A stretch of DNA of 64,000 nt from Azolla caroliniana (lineage: Eukaryota > Plantae > Polypodiophyta): assembly GCA_043228905.1 (NCBI GenBank), contig JBHGNT010000004.1:15190001-15254000 (forward strand), given 5' to 3'. Below the pieces are notes generated by a model. That model was not told the origin of the DNA. It made no database searches and was given only the letters and a program-made list of their open reading frames with translations. Below, piece by piece: positions 10,900 through 22,872 of this stretch. Both the position numbers and the translations under genes were made by a program. How positions within the stretch are numbered: position 1 is the first letter of the stretch; each line of letters opens with the position of its first letter.

Positions 10900-11411
10900 G
10901 CTGTTTTTTGCCACAAAAATTGTCAGTACTTTCAATACTGTTAGTACTAAATAATTCAGAAAAAAAATTAGAGAAAAAGAAAATCGATTTTGGAGAGTGG
11001 GGTGACTGTAGTACAAGTGTCATTTACTATAGAAGGAGTGGGGGGAACACGTGAGGAGATGTTCTTCCATTTTGGGGGCTATTTTCCCCTCACGTCGATT
11101 TTGGCGCTTCCCCTCACGTCGTTTTGGCGATTCCCCTCATACTGCTCTTCCTCTATCCCTCTGAGCTTTTCATCACAGACATCCATGTCACGTTTCTGAT
11201 TTTCCTTCAATCTAAATCTCAGACATCCATGTCTGGTTGGAGAGTTTGAGTTGAGGATTTCTGATTTTTTTAGGGTTTCTGTTTTTGTTAGGTTTCGGTT
11301 GAGGTATAGAGACTGTTCTGAGGGTTTAGGTAGCAGCCAATAGTCACTTCTTCGACAACGACTTTCTTACTTCCACCGATTGCAGTTGATGTCGTGGTGA
11401 TTTGGGGCTTT

Positions 11412-11575
11412 TTCCACCAAATCGAGGCGGCATATCCAACGCTCCCTCCACCATTGGAGGTTCCTTCCACCAAATCGAGGCTGCATATCCACGCTCCCTC
11501 CACCATTGGAGGTTCCTTCCACCAAATCGAGGCGGCATATCCAACGCTCCCTCCACCATTGGAGGTTCCTTCCAT
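11412..11575. repeat. 52-53-bp tandem repeat x3 upstream of the transposase
   Basis: CCACCAAATCGAGGCGGCATATCCAACGCTCCCTCCACCATTGGAGG at 11414, 11467 and 11519. Confidence 0.9.
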
Positions 11576-11806
11576 CCAATTTTTTATTATCAGTACTAAA
11601 ATGTTTCATTTCTTCATATTTCAGTACTAAATTTTTAGAATTGACATTTGTCATATTTGATATGTAATTCTAATGTTTGAAACAAAATATTTCTCACTTT
11701 GCAGGCCACATTTAAACACATTTGATTGTGTTTTCTTGGTTGAGTCTATATAACATTAACTACTTTCGCAAGACACTTAATTTTTGTGGATAAATCTAGT
11801 GACCGA

Positions 11807-14800
11807 ATGGGGGTTCCTAACGAGAGTGAGTTGTCAAGTAACTCATGCATATCTGAAAGGACTAAGAGACGAGTGGTTCTTCACATAGTCCGTTATTTGG
11901 TAGAAATAACGAAGAGATTTAGTGAAGAGGATCGTAGGGATATTATCTGTAGAGTGTTACACCATCAAAGTTTGAATGAAGACATGGAGAGAATAAAATT
12001 TAGGGACCAATGTGTTTCAGAAGAGATTGTGGAGTCTATGAAGTCATCCCTAGACTTAGTGAAAGGTGTAGAGAGCTTAGACAATCTTGTTGCAAAGAGG
12101 GCAACCCTACACATGGTTGTGAACGGTGCGAGAGAAAAAAAATATAGTGATACTAAAGTTGCCTTAGCCCTGGGTATTCAAAGAAGGAACTTGAGGAAAC
12201 ATCACCGAAATATACACTCAAGCAAATTCAAGTGGCTGGGGTCGGGACGTAGACGACGATGTGATGCCTTATCTCAAGAGATTATTGAGAAAGTGGATTC
12301 ATTTTGGGCCAAAAATACGTGTGTCTCACCAAATAAGAAGGACGTGTGTAGACAACGAATAAGTCAGGGTAAGTACCAGATTCACCCTAGACACTTCTTG
12401 GAGATGACAGAGGTATTCCATTTTTTTATATCAATTCACATTCCATAACTTTGTGTTTTGACCAAGTGTATATTAATGTTTGCTATATATATTGGTTGAT
12501 GTAGGCTGAATTGTACATGAACTTTAAAGACCAACATCCAAGCTTGACTGTTGGATTCTGCAAGTTCCAAGGTTTGAAACCATTTTATGTTAGAAAATTA
12601 AATGAGAGGAATACATGTTGTTGTGTGTACCATGTGAAGATGGACATGTTAAGGCTAGCAGTGAATGCAATGCGTACTGATTCTAAGGGTATACACGGGG
12701 AATTATGTGTCTGCACTTGTGAGATTTGTAGACCAAATGGGGAGGATAATAGGTGTAATGCACGAAACATGACTTATGCATCCGTTTCTGACCTATGGAG
12801 GTCTTGTGTTTGTGAAAAAGAACCATCATGTGAGTGGCATCGTCGTACATGTCTATTAAGAACATGTAAGGTTTGTCCGCCACCATTATTTTGTAGGCAA
12901 GAGCTTGATATGGGAAATAGTCATATCGTGAAATGGAAATATTTGGAGTATGTGACTGAAAATATTGGCAAGGGAGTTGTAACTAAGCGTATCAAGGAAG
13001 TATATAAGGAGACATGTGCTGCTACCCTTGTCTCAGAATTTAAGAAACAACTTGGGGAGTTTATTCCACATAACTTCCGGAGTTATTGGCAAAATTCACA
13101 GTTCAAGGAATGTATTAATAACTTACCAACGGGTGTCATCGTATCCGTTATTGATTTTGTAGAAAACTATACATTTAAAGTTCAAAATGAGGTTCAATCA
13201 ATGCATTGGTACAATGATCAATGTACAATACTTGTACATATTTGCTATTGGAGGCAAGACGGTGAGTTACATAAGAAATCAATATTTTACATTTTAGATG
13301 ATAAAAAGCATGATACACTATTTGTTCAACATTGTTTTAAGCTTCACCATGCAGATTTATTTTCTCTAGGGTTAACCTTTAACCGTCATTGGGTTTGGTC
13401 TGATGGTGCTGCCTCGCAGTTTAAGGCGGCACGATCGTTCTACTTTATCGCCAGGTAATTTTTAATCCATATGTTTAGTACTTATCATGCAATGTGTAAG
13501 GAAGTAATTCTTGTGTTAGTGGATGCATACTAATTATGTTTGTAACTATTAACAAACAGTACTATTCACATGGATGCATACTAATTATGTTTGTAACTAT
13601 TAACAAACAGTACTATTCACATGGATGCATACTAATTATGTTTATAACTATTCGAATCTTGCACTTGTGAATGGATGCATGCATACTAATTTTGTTTGTA
13701 TTATGTTGTACTAAGTAACTTTTAATCCATGTGAAGTGTTCTCCATAGACACATTGTACTATGTTGTGTTTACAGAAGGATGTAAAGTACTCATCTTGTA
13801 CTCATAGTATTGTCCGTCCTTAAAAGAATTGTACTAATTATCTTTTTATCCATGTGAAGTGTTCTCCATAGACACATTGTACTATGTTGTGTGTTGTATC
13901 TGTACTATGTTGTGTTTACAGAAGGATGTAAAGTACTCATCTTGTACTCATAGTATTGTCCATCCTTAAGAGAATTGTACTAATTATCTTTTTATCCATG
14001 TGAAGTGTTCTCCATAGACACATTGTACTATGTTGTGTGTTGTATCTGTACTATGTTGTGTGTATAGAAGGATGTAAAGTACTCATCTTGTACTTAGAGT
14101 ATTGTCCGTCCTTAAGAGAATTGTACTAATTATGTTTTAATCCATGTGAAGGGTTCTCCATATACACATTGTACTATGTTGTGTGTTGGTTCTGTACTAT
14201 GTTGTGTTTACAAAAGGATGTAAAGTACTCATCTTGTACTCATAGTATTGTCCGTCCTTAAGAGAATTGTACTAAGTATCGATTAATCCATGTGAAGGGT
14301 TCTCCATAGACACATTGTACTATGTTGTGTGTTGTATCTGTACTATGTTGTGTTTACAAAAGGATATAAAGTACTCATCTTGTACTTATAGTATTGTCCG
14401 TCCTTGAGAGAATTGTACTAATTATGTTTTAATCCATGTGAAGGGTTCTCCATATACACATTGTACTATGTTGTGTGTTGTATCTGTACTATGTTGTGTT
14501 TACAGGAGGATATAAAGTACTCATCTTGTACTCATAGTATTGTCCGTCCTTAAGAGAATTGTACTAAGTATCGATTAATCCATGTGAAGGGTTCTCCATA
14601 GACACATTGTACTATGTTGTGTTGGTTCTGTACTATGTTGTGTTTACAAAAGGATATAAAGTACTCATCTTGTACTTATAGTATTGTCCGTGCTTAAGAG
14701 AATTGTACTAATTATGTTTTAATCCATGTGAAGGGTTCTCCATAGACACATTGTACTATGTTGTGTGTTGTATCTGTACTATGTTGTGTTTACAAGAGGA

Positions 14801-16092
14801 TGTAAAGTACTCATCTTGTACTCATAGTATTGTCCGTCCTTAAGAGAATTGTACTAAATCAGTATTTACTCATGTTGTACTCATAGTATTGTACTCATCT
14901 TGTACTCATCTTTTAAACACACTGTGTGGTACTGATTTTCTATTAATCAATGTTCAACGTTCTCCATGAACACACTGTATTGTACTATGTGTTGTATCTA
15001 TACTAAATCAGTGTTTATTGGGGGATGTAAAGTACATGTCTTGTAGTACTAATGATCTTCTAAGGAGGGTTGTGTTCTCCGTGGACACATTGTATTGTAC
15101 TATCCCATATTGAACATTTTGTACTATTTATCTGTTAATGGAAGTGTAGTACTCTCAATTGACAACATAGTACTAATTTTGTTGGAAACCTGAGATACCA
15201 AAGCAGGTATTTCTCCTTATTCAATATTCGTATGCAATGGAATTACTTCGGGTCTGGACATGGAAAAGGAGAGCATGATGGCGCGGGGGTTGTGATCAAA
15301 CGTGCCCTTACAAGTGAGCAGTTGGATAATAATGGCGCTAAGTTACAAAATGCACATGATGTTGTGCAGTGGCTAACATGGAAGATGTCAAATGATGGTA
15401 AGAACAGATTTTTTGTTGAAGTTCGCGCTGATGAGGTCGATAGAACTAAATCATATGGTTGTAAAACCGTGAAAGGCACACGCAGCACCCATTGTGTGTT
15501 AGGGTTTAGCCGCAAGGACACAACCCAATTGTTACTCCGTAGTTTATCATGCTTTTGTTCCATGTGTCTAGATGAAGCTTGGGATAAATGCATCAACCTA
15601 TCAATCGTGGAGCCCTGGAAGCTGCAGAAGCTTGAGCCTGAACGACAAGATGATATTGAAGAGGATGTGCATTCAAACGATATTGTATACTACAACCAAA
15701 ATCAAGACTTGGCAGTTTTATTGGAAGTTGGAGATCATTTTGCAATGCTCAAATATCCTCAGAATGAAGATTTAGAAGACTACTACATTGTGGTGTGCAA
15801 GCAAGGAAAGACATTATTGAAAGAAGTGGTGAGGGATGGTTGGGGCAACAATTTCAACGTTGGTGAGTTTGTCGTGTATGGAAACTATTATGCAAAGTTG
15901 CCGCAGTGCAAGAACACATATGCATTACTAAAAGAAGCACCCATCGCAATAATCTACGTTGATGCCATTCTTGCGATCAAATTTAATATGACTCAAGCAA
16001 AGCACAAGGTTAAGGGATACAACACTGTCTACAAGGTCCCCCAAGAGGTTCATGAGCACATATTAGGGGAGGTCTCTCTATTTAATGCTTGA
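11807..16092 (+). CDS. Sola2-type DDD transposase, join(11807..12412,12505..13454,15207..16092), 813 aa
   Basis: GT-AG introns join three ORFs in frame (LEMTE|AELY; FIAR|YFSL). Motifs IDFVENY..QNEVQSMHW, DDKKHD, WSDGAASQFK, WNYFGSGHGKGEHDG, plus Cys-rich clusters. Confidence 0.85.
13520..13660. repeat. 51-bp tandem repeat (~2.7 copies) in transposase intron 2
   Basis: GGATGCATACTAATTATG at 13521, 13572 and 13623. Confidence 0.85.
13710..14857. repeat. 146-bp tandem satellite (~8 copies) in transposase intron 2
   Basis: TCCATGTGAAG anchors at 13726, 13849, 13995, 14141, 14287, 14433, 14579 and 14723. Confidence 0.95.
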
Positions 16093-16329
16093 AAGTCACC
16101 CTATCAATACATTGTACCAGAAAACTGAAAAACGTCCACTTGGAGTTCACTATTAATTTTGATGATTGACAAATGAATTGATATATTTCGTCTTTCTTCC
16201 AAAGTGTTTATGCCTCTCAACCACTTGTACTTATCTTTCATAATATATTAGCTGTTGTCAACAGGACTTGGATTTCTTCATTGCCGATATTGCTCATGTT
16301 TCCTGATGTTATTTGAGCATAGGAGTTTT

Positions 16330-17104
16330 GCAGAGCCATGTTAAAATGAGTAAAAATATTGTATAAGAGTTGGTGTGTCCTCTGTTGGCACATAAATCTG
16401 CTCTTCTTTTGCTACCAAGAGAAGATTGTTAGTTGAATTCATTAAAGACTTTAATATTGTAAGATTTTCTACTGTAAGTTCATTCTTCAAAGGGGGCGAT
16501 GAATTCTGTGAAGACAACAATGAAAATTATTCTCTCAGAATCCTTTTTTGTTTCATGATATGTCTTGTGAAGCCATCTAAGTTTTAACTTCTTGTATATA
16601 AGTCCTGAATATCCAGGCTATGGATTTTAAAGTACAGACCTTCCTTTCCTTAACAAAATAATCCAACTTCTGAAACAATAATTTGTGATAGCTCAAAAAG
16701 GTAAGTGTTTCCTTACTACTGTTAGTGGATTGTTCATCCTTTGGGATGATATCATCAAAATATGGCCCACATTGCTTCAACAATTTGCACACATTCTGGT
16801 TACCCTCCAAATGGGATTGATGAAACAGTCTATACTTCAGTATATCTTCAATAACACCCGATATTTTCTGTTTCTCATCATCAACACCTGAAAACCTAAA
16901 TTTTCCTAGCAAGCTAAGAAGACTTTCAAGCATTTTATCTACAATAGACTGAAAGACTTTGCGAGGATTAGGATCTGATCTCAAAAAAGAAAAAAAACGT
17001 TGTAAAATAAGAATACTTAGATCAAAAAGTATATTCTCATTGTTTTTGATATATGTTGACGAGCAAAATATAGAAGCAATCCTTAAACATGAACTTGATT
17101 TCAC
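16330..17104 (-). pseudogene. Fragment resembling plant URB2/Npa2 nucleolar protein
   Basis: Motifs FLRSDPNPRKVFQSIVDKMLESLLSLL, LFHQSHLEG, SYHKLLFQKL and NSTNNLL..EQIYVPTED recall plant URB2. Recognised from memory, not searched. Confidence 0.55.
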
Positions 17105-17521
17105 ACTGGTATAACTATTTCAGATTCATGAACTGGATTTTTTACATTGGCAATTGAAACAGTATTTTGGTATCCAAATAGTTCAATTTCAGACATCACT
17201 AACAACTAAAGTTCAAGTACAATCGAAAGACAATCAGGCACTAGAGGGTAACTTGGCCGACCTTGTAATGCGCTTGTTGTTGGTGCCAGATTTTTCTGAT
17301 TTTACATTCTTCTTTATCTTAAAGCCTTTAGGTATGAGCTGACTAAGTGGCACTTCATCATCAGAGGCATCAGAGACAGGCGTGGATGCGCGGGCACCTT
17401 GTACTGGTGGCAAGCTTGAGAGAGCAACTATGTTTTCTGCAACTACAATGCTTGTACACAAAGCCACAAAGGTGCTGTCAATAGACAAATTATCACTCAT
17501 CTCCTGAATGCTTGTACTCCT

Positions 17522-18152
17522 TGTTGAGAATCGACGCTTCGATTGACCTTCACCACTCGGCCACAACCGAGTAATCGCGAATCAATGCAGCAGAAAATAG
17601 GAACCACAGAGAGAAACACACGTATACACAGGGATTAACGTGGAAAACCCTAGATGGGAAAAACCACGGGAGTACGAGACTCCAAACCAACACTATACAA
17701 AGAGAAGTACACAATGGCGAGCTGCAAGGCGACGACCTTGGGCTCGTTGTCCTCGCCACAGGCGGCGGAAATACACAGAGGCGTCGTCCTCTTCCTCTCC
17801 CACGCTCTATCTCTCTAACTCTCTCACGGCTGCTCACTCTTCACTCCTCTTGAGTGGAAAAACAGAAAAATGATCAACAACAACTTAACTGTTTGCCCTA
17901 AGTCATATTTATACACATATGACTTTCGGGCTATTTACAAATATAGCCACAAGGGCTCTTGGCAAACATATTCACAAATATGTCTCCGCATCCGTATCTC
18001 TCTCCGGGTACATTCGTCATCCGGCTCTGAAACCGGGGTCTTCATCATCCGGCTCCGTAACCGGGGTCTTCATCATCCGGCTCCGTAACCGTAACCAGGC
18101 TTGCCGTCATTCATCTCCGGACATCCCATCCGGAGGGACCGAAATCCCAACA
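17522..18152 (-). repeat. Copia 3' LTR (631 bp)
   Basis: Matches 22270-22872 except for 2 substitutions and one extra 28-bp unit. Confidence 0.95.
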
Positions 18153-18162
18153 AACTCCCCCT

Positions 18163-21100
18163 TCACTTCGGCATGGGATGTCTCTCCAGTCCGATCCTCT
18201 TCCGGCATGCTTCCAGCTTGTCGGGTGTGAGCACCTTGGTCAGCATATCCGACCCGTTCTCGTCCGTGTGGACCTTCGTCAGCACGAACTCCTTGTCTTC
18301 TATCCTTTCCCGGATCCAGTGATATCTTCGCTGGATGTGCTTCGTCCGGGAGTGATAAGCCGCGTTCTTCGCAAGGTGGATGGCACTCTGACTGTCGCAG
18401 TAGAGTCGGTACTCCTCCTGCTGGATACCGAGCTCTCTAATGAAGTCCTTCATCCATATTATTTCCTTGCCGGCTTCAACAGCCGCCATGTACTCCGCCT
18501 CCGTGGTTGACAACGCAACCGTCTTCTGCAGTCTCGACTGCCACGAAACAGCTCCACCTGCATACGTCATTACATACCCTGATGTGGACCGGCTGGTATC
18601 TGCATCAGCCGACATATCCGAATCGGTAAAGCCGTCGAATTCGGGCTTACCGGAGCCGAATCGGAGGCACACGTTTGCCGTGCCCTTCAGGTATCGGAGT
18701 ATCCACTTGACCGCGTTCCAGTGCTCTTTGCCGGGATTGCTCATGTACCGGCTCACCACTTCAACTGCATATCCTATGTCCGGTCTTGTACACACCATTG
18801 CGTACATTAAGCTTCCGACGGCGGAGGCATATGGTACTTTCATCATATCCTCCTTCTCAGCCTTTGTCTTGGGGCTTTGCTTGCTGGACAACTTGCAGTT
18901 TCCCGGGAGGGTTGACCCGACCGGTCTTGCTTCCAACATGTTGAACCGGTGAAGCACCTTTGTCACGTACTTCTCCTGTGACAGCCACAACTGCTTCTTC
19001 TTCCGGTCCCGGATGATGTGCATCCCTAGTATTTGCCTCGCCGGACCCAGGTCCTTCATTGAGAAGGTTCGGTGAAGTGCTTTCTTCAGCGTCCGTATCT
19101 TGACCTGGTCCCGTCCGACGATCAACATGTCGTCTACGTACAGGAGGAGTATTAGAGAGTCTCCTCCTTCGAACTTCTTCACAAACACGCAGTGATCAGA
19201 CTGCGTTTTGTGGTACCCTTCGTCGGTCATGAAGGAGTCGAACTTCCGGTACCATTGCCGGGGAGCCTGCTTCAGTCCGTAAAGGCTCTTCTTCAACCGG
19301 CATACCAGGTGCTCCTTCCCTTTCTTCTCGAATCCTTCCGGTTGCTGCATGTAGATCTCTTCTTCGAGGTCACCGTGAAGGAATGCCGTCTTCACGTCCA
19401 TCTGTTCTACCTCGAGGTCCATGCTTGCCGCTATGCTCAGCACCGTCCGGATGGAGGTCATCTTCACTACCGGGGCGAATATCTCGTCGAAGTCGACGCC
19501 CTTCTTCTGCTGAAACCCCTTCACCACGATCCTGGCTTTGTATCTCGGGGGGTTTCCGGCATCTCCCGGTTTCAGCTTGAACACCCACTTGTTTCGAAGT
19601 GCCCGCTTTCCTTTCGGCAACTCCACAAGTTTATATGTGTGGTTCTCATGCAGGGAATCCATCTCGTCCTGCATGGCACTCAACCACCTGCGGCTCTTGG
19701 TGTCATGCTTTGCTTCTTCAAAGCTCTCCGGCTCCCCTTCGTCGGTTAGCAGCACGTGCTCTGGTTCCGGAAATCTCCGGGGGGCCCTTCTCTCTCTTAG
19801 AGGATATCTCCGTTTCGGAGCTTCGGTAACCGGTTCTTCCGATTCTTCTTCATCCGAATCCATTTCGGGATCGGGGCCGGTTCCGGTATCATTTTCATCT
19901 TCTTCGGCCGGTTCTGTTTCTTCATAGTCTTCGGCCGGATCCTCGAGTGTTAACCGGTCCCTTGCCGGTCGGGACTGCTCCTCGTAGAGTTGATCCTCAC
20001 CGGTCGACTTGGAGCAGCTCTTCATCTTCTTCTCCGACTCCCAGTCGGCGAGTGTCTTGTCCTCCATGAAGATGATGTCTCGACTCCTGAATATCTTCTT
20101 GTCGACCGGGTCCCATACTCGGTAGCCGAACTCGTCGTCGCCGTAACCGAGGAATATGCATGGCCGGGTCTTTGGATCTAGCTTTCCTCTCCGGTCCTTT
20201 GCCACATGCACGTATGCGAGACACCCGAACACCTTCAGATGCCGGTAGGACACTTCCTTACCGGTCCACACTTTCTGCGGCGTGTCTCCGTCCAAAGGTA
20301 CTGAGGGTGATCTGTTTATCACGTATGTCGCCGTCGACATTGCCTTAGCCCAAAACCCCTTGGGTAATTTCGCATGCGCCAGCATACTCCGGACCCTCTC
20401 CATTATGGTCCGGTTCATCCTCTCGGCCAGCCCGTTCAGTTCCGGCGTCTTCGGCACAGTAAACTCGAGCCGGATTCCCTTCGAGCGATAGTACTCCTGG
20501 AACTGCCCCCGGTATTCCCCTCCGTTATCCGCTCGTATCGCTTTCAGCTTCTTGCCGGATTCTCTTTCCACTCTCGCGTGGAGTTCTTTGAAGACACACA
20601 ACCCTTGGTCCTTTGTCTTCAACGGTGCCGTCCACAGCTTCCGGTTGTGATCATCAATGAATGTTACGAAGTACTGGGCTCCGCCATGTGACTTCGTTTC
20701 TACCTGACACACATCAGTGTGCACTAACTCCAATGGTGCGCCACGTCTCGTCGGTGGCCTTGAGTGGAAAGAGGTTCGGTTCTGCTTACCGGCCAGGCAA
20801 TCGGTGCACTTCTCCAGGTGCACATGCTTCACTGGAATAAGGTTGTCTTCTGCAAGCCTCTTCATCCCCTTCTCACTCATGTGGCACAGTCTCTTGTGCC
20901 ACAGCTCACCGGCAGTGTCGGCTGCCACGTTCAACTCTTCCGGACACAACCGGGCATTCATCAGGTACAGTGTGTTGATCTTCCGGGCCCGAGCCACTAT
21001 CAGGCTCCCTTTGCTGAACTTCATTACGCCGTTCCGGATGCTACCTGTGTAGCCTTCATCGTCTAGCCTCCCGGCCGAAATCAGGTTCAATCGAACCTCC

Positions 21101-22239
21101 GGAACGTGTCGGACATCCTTCAGCAGCATTTTGCATCCGGTCGGGGTTGTCAACCACACGTCTCCTATGCCGGCAATCCGGCACGTACCTTCATTTCCCA
21201 TCCGAACACAGCCATGCTCACCGGCTGTGTAGGATGAGAAGTATCTTCTTTCCGGGGTCAGGTGGAACGACGCTCCGGAATCGACCACCCAGGTCGTCTC
21301 ATCGCCGGCAATGTTTAGTTCACCTTCTTCGGTGATGAGCATGATTTCTTCCTCACTTGCCGCGAGTGCCGTTGTTCCTTTCCGGTCCTGCCCTCGCCGA
21401 TCCGAACCTCTCCGGTCCGTGGCTCCCCGGTATGCACCGTTTCTCTCCGGTGACTTCTTCGAATCGGTGTCGTCGGCTCCGTTGTCTTTTCGGTAATGCC
21501 GACAATTCTTTCGGAAATGCCCCGGCTTCCCACAGTGGAAGCATGTGGGCCTTCCTCTTGACTGCGACCGGGTCCCCGACTTCTCCCGTCTTTGCGGACT
21601 CCGGTTCCAGTGTCTTCCCCGATCCGATTCGGTAAGCAGCGCCTTCGAGTCGGAGACCGGTTCTTTATCTCTCCGACGCGCTTCTTCGTTCAAAATACTT
21701 GTCTTTACCGTTTGTAAGGACAAGTTATCTTCGGTGCAGGAGGTGCTGAGAGTCACCACCAAGTTCTCCCAGCTTTCCGGCAATGTACACATCAGGATGA
21801 TGGCTTGCATTGCATCCTCCAACGGGAACTTGATCGCCGCAAGCTGATTCACGAATCCCATGAATGTGCTTACGTGTTCCACCATACTCTCGCCGTCCCG
21901 GTACTTGAGATTCACTATCTTCCTCATCAGGGAGGTCCGGTTCAACGCATTCTTCCTCTCGTAGAGGCCCGACAGCTTCCGCCACATCTCATATGCGTTG
22001 GTGTCGTTCGCCACATGTTGTAGAACGCTCACGTCGACGTATTGCCGAATGGTTGCAACGGCTTTCCGGTTCAGAAGCCTCCATTCCGACTCAAGTACCC
22101 CTTTCGGTATTTCCGACCTGTCAATCGGTTCGTACAGGTCCCGAACAATCAGAAGATCCTCCATCTTGATCTTCCAGTCGGCGTAATTCTGCGCAGTCAG
22201 CACCATCATCCCCGGCTGCCCGCTGCCGCCGCCTTCCAT
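18163..22239 (-). CDS. Copia Gag-Pol polyprotein, 1358 aa, uninterrupted
   Basis: Single ORF with gag, CFHCGKPGHFRKNC knuckle, VDSGAS protease, GAG-pre-integrase, rve integrase, RT (LLYVDD) and RNase H (GSDMLTK). Confidence 0.96.
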   Translation of the reverse strand: MEGGGSGQPGMMVLTAQNYADWKIKMEDLLIVRDLYEPIDRSEIPKGVLESEWRLLNRKAVATIRQYVDVSVLQHVANDTNAYEMWRKLSGLYERKNALNRTSLMRKIVNLKYRDGESMVEHVSTFMGFVNQLAAIKFPLEDAMQAIILMCTLPESWENLVVTLSTSCTEDNLSLQTVKTSILNEEARRRDKEPVSDSKALLTESDRGRHWNRSPQRREKSGTRSQSRGRPTCFHCGKPGHFRKNCRHYRKDNGADDTDSKKSPERNGAYRGATDRRGSDRRGQDRKGTTALAASEEEIMLITEEGELNIAGDETTWVVDSGASFHLTPERRYFSSYTAGEHGCVRMGNEGTCRIAGIGDVWLTTPTGCKMLLKDVRHVPEVRLNLISAGRLDDEGYTGSIRNGVMKFSKGSLIVARARKINTLYLMNARLCPEELNVAADTAGELWHKRLCHMSEKGMKRLAEDNLIPVKHVHLEKCTDCLAGKQNRTSFHSRPPTRRGAPLELVHTDVCQVETKSHGGAQYFVTFIDDHNRKLWTAPLKTKDQGLCVFKELHARVERESGKKLKAIRADNGGEYRGQFQEYYRSKGIRLEFTVPKTPELNGLAERMNRTIMERVRSMLAHAKLPKGFWAKAMSTATYVINRSPSVPLDGDTPQKVWTGKEVSYRHLKVFGCLAYVHVAKDRRGKLDPKTRPCIFLGYGDDEFGYRVWDPVDKKIFRSRDIIFMEDKTLADWESEKKMKSCSKSTGEDQLYEEQSRPARDRLTLEDPAEDYEETEPAEEDENDTGTGPDPEMDSDEEESEEPVTEAPKRRYPLRERRAPRRFPEPEHVLLTDEGEPESFEEAKHDTKSRRWLSAMQDEMDSLHENHTYKLVELPKGKRALRNKWVFKLKPGDAGNPPRYKARIVVKGFQQKKGVDFDEIFAPVVKMTSIRTVLSIAASMDLEVEQMDVKTAFLHGDLEEEIYMQQPEGFEKKGKEHLVCRLKKSLYGLKQAPRQWYRKFDSFMTDEGYHKTQSDHCVFVKKFEGGDSLILLLYVDDMLIVGRDQVKIRTLKKALHRTFSMKDLGPARQILGMHIIRDRKKKQLWLSQEKYVTKVLHRFNMLEARPVGSTLPGNCKLSSKQSPKTKAEKEDMMKVPYASAVGSLMYAMVCTRPDIGYAVEVVSRYMSNPGKEHWNAVKWILRYLKGTANVCLRFGSGKPEFDGFTDSDMSADADTSRSTSGYVMTYAGGAVSWQSRLQKTVALSTTEAEYMAAVEAGKEIIWMKDFIRELGIQQEEYRLYCDSQSAIHLAKNAAYHSRTKHIQRRYHWIRERIEDKEFVLTKVHTDENGSDMLTKVLTPDKLEACRKRIGLERHPMPK

Positions 22240-22269
22240 TTTCTGCAGCAACCCGCTTTGATACCAGTT

Positions 22270-22872
22270 TGTTGAGAATCGACGCTTCGATTGACCTTCA
22301 CCACTCGGCCACAACCGAGTAATCGCGAATCAATGCAGCAGAAAATAGGAACCACAGAGAGAAACACACGTATACACAGGGATTAACGTGGAAAACCCTA
22401 GATGGGAAAAACCACGGGAGTACGAGACTCCAAACCAACACTATACAAAGAGAAGTACACAATGGCGAGCTGCAAGGCGACGACCTTGGGCTCGCTGTCC
22501 TCGCCACAGGCGGCGGAAATACACAGAGGCGTCGTCCTCTTCCTCTCCCACGCTCTATCTCTCTAACTCTCTCACGGCTGCTCACTCTTCACTCCTCTTG
22601 AGTGGAAAAACAGAAAAATGATCAACAACAACTTAACTGTTTGCCCTAAGTCATATTTATACACATATGACTTTCGGGCTATTTACAAATATAGCCACAA
22701 GGGCTCTTGGCAAACATATTCACAAATATGTCTCCGCATCCGTATCTCTCTCCGGGTACATTCGTCATCCGGCTCTGAAACCGGGGTCTTCATCATCCGG
22801 CTCCGTAACCGTAACCGGGCTTGCCGTCATTCATCTCCGGACATCCCATCCGGAGGGACCGAAATCCCAACA
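22270..22872 (-). repeat. Copia 5' LTR (603 bp)
   Basis: TG..CA ends, adjacent PBS. Confidence 0.95.

Larger units (their letters stand above)
17522..22872 (-). mobile_element. Intact young Ty1/Copia retrotransposon (Tnt1/Tork-like)
   Basis: LTRs 17522-18152 and 22270-22872. TSD CTCCT on both sides. PBS TGGTATCAAAGC (tRNA-iMet type) at 22255-22266. PPT at 18155-18169. Confidence 0.97.

Noticed and set aside
13710-14857. CRISPR-like array
   Set aside because: Units repeat over their whole length with no unique spacers, and there are no cas genes. The context is a eukaryotic intron; the same applies to 24420-25330 and 1260-1530.
18178-22275. Many plus-strand ORFs opposite the Copia polyprotein (also opposite the A, B and E ORFs)
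   Set aside because: Shadow ORFs of GC-rich coding sequence with no recognisable motifs.
22240-22314. N-terminal 25 aa of the 1383-aa ORF call
   Set aside because: It starts at a GTG inside the LTR and crosses the PBS; the ATG at 22239 is the plausible start.
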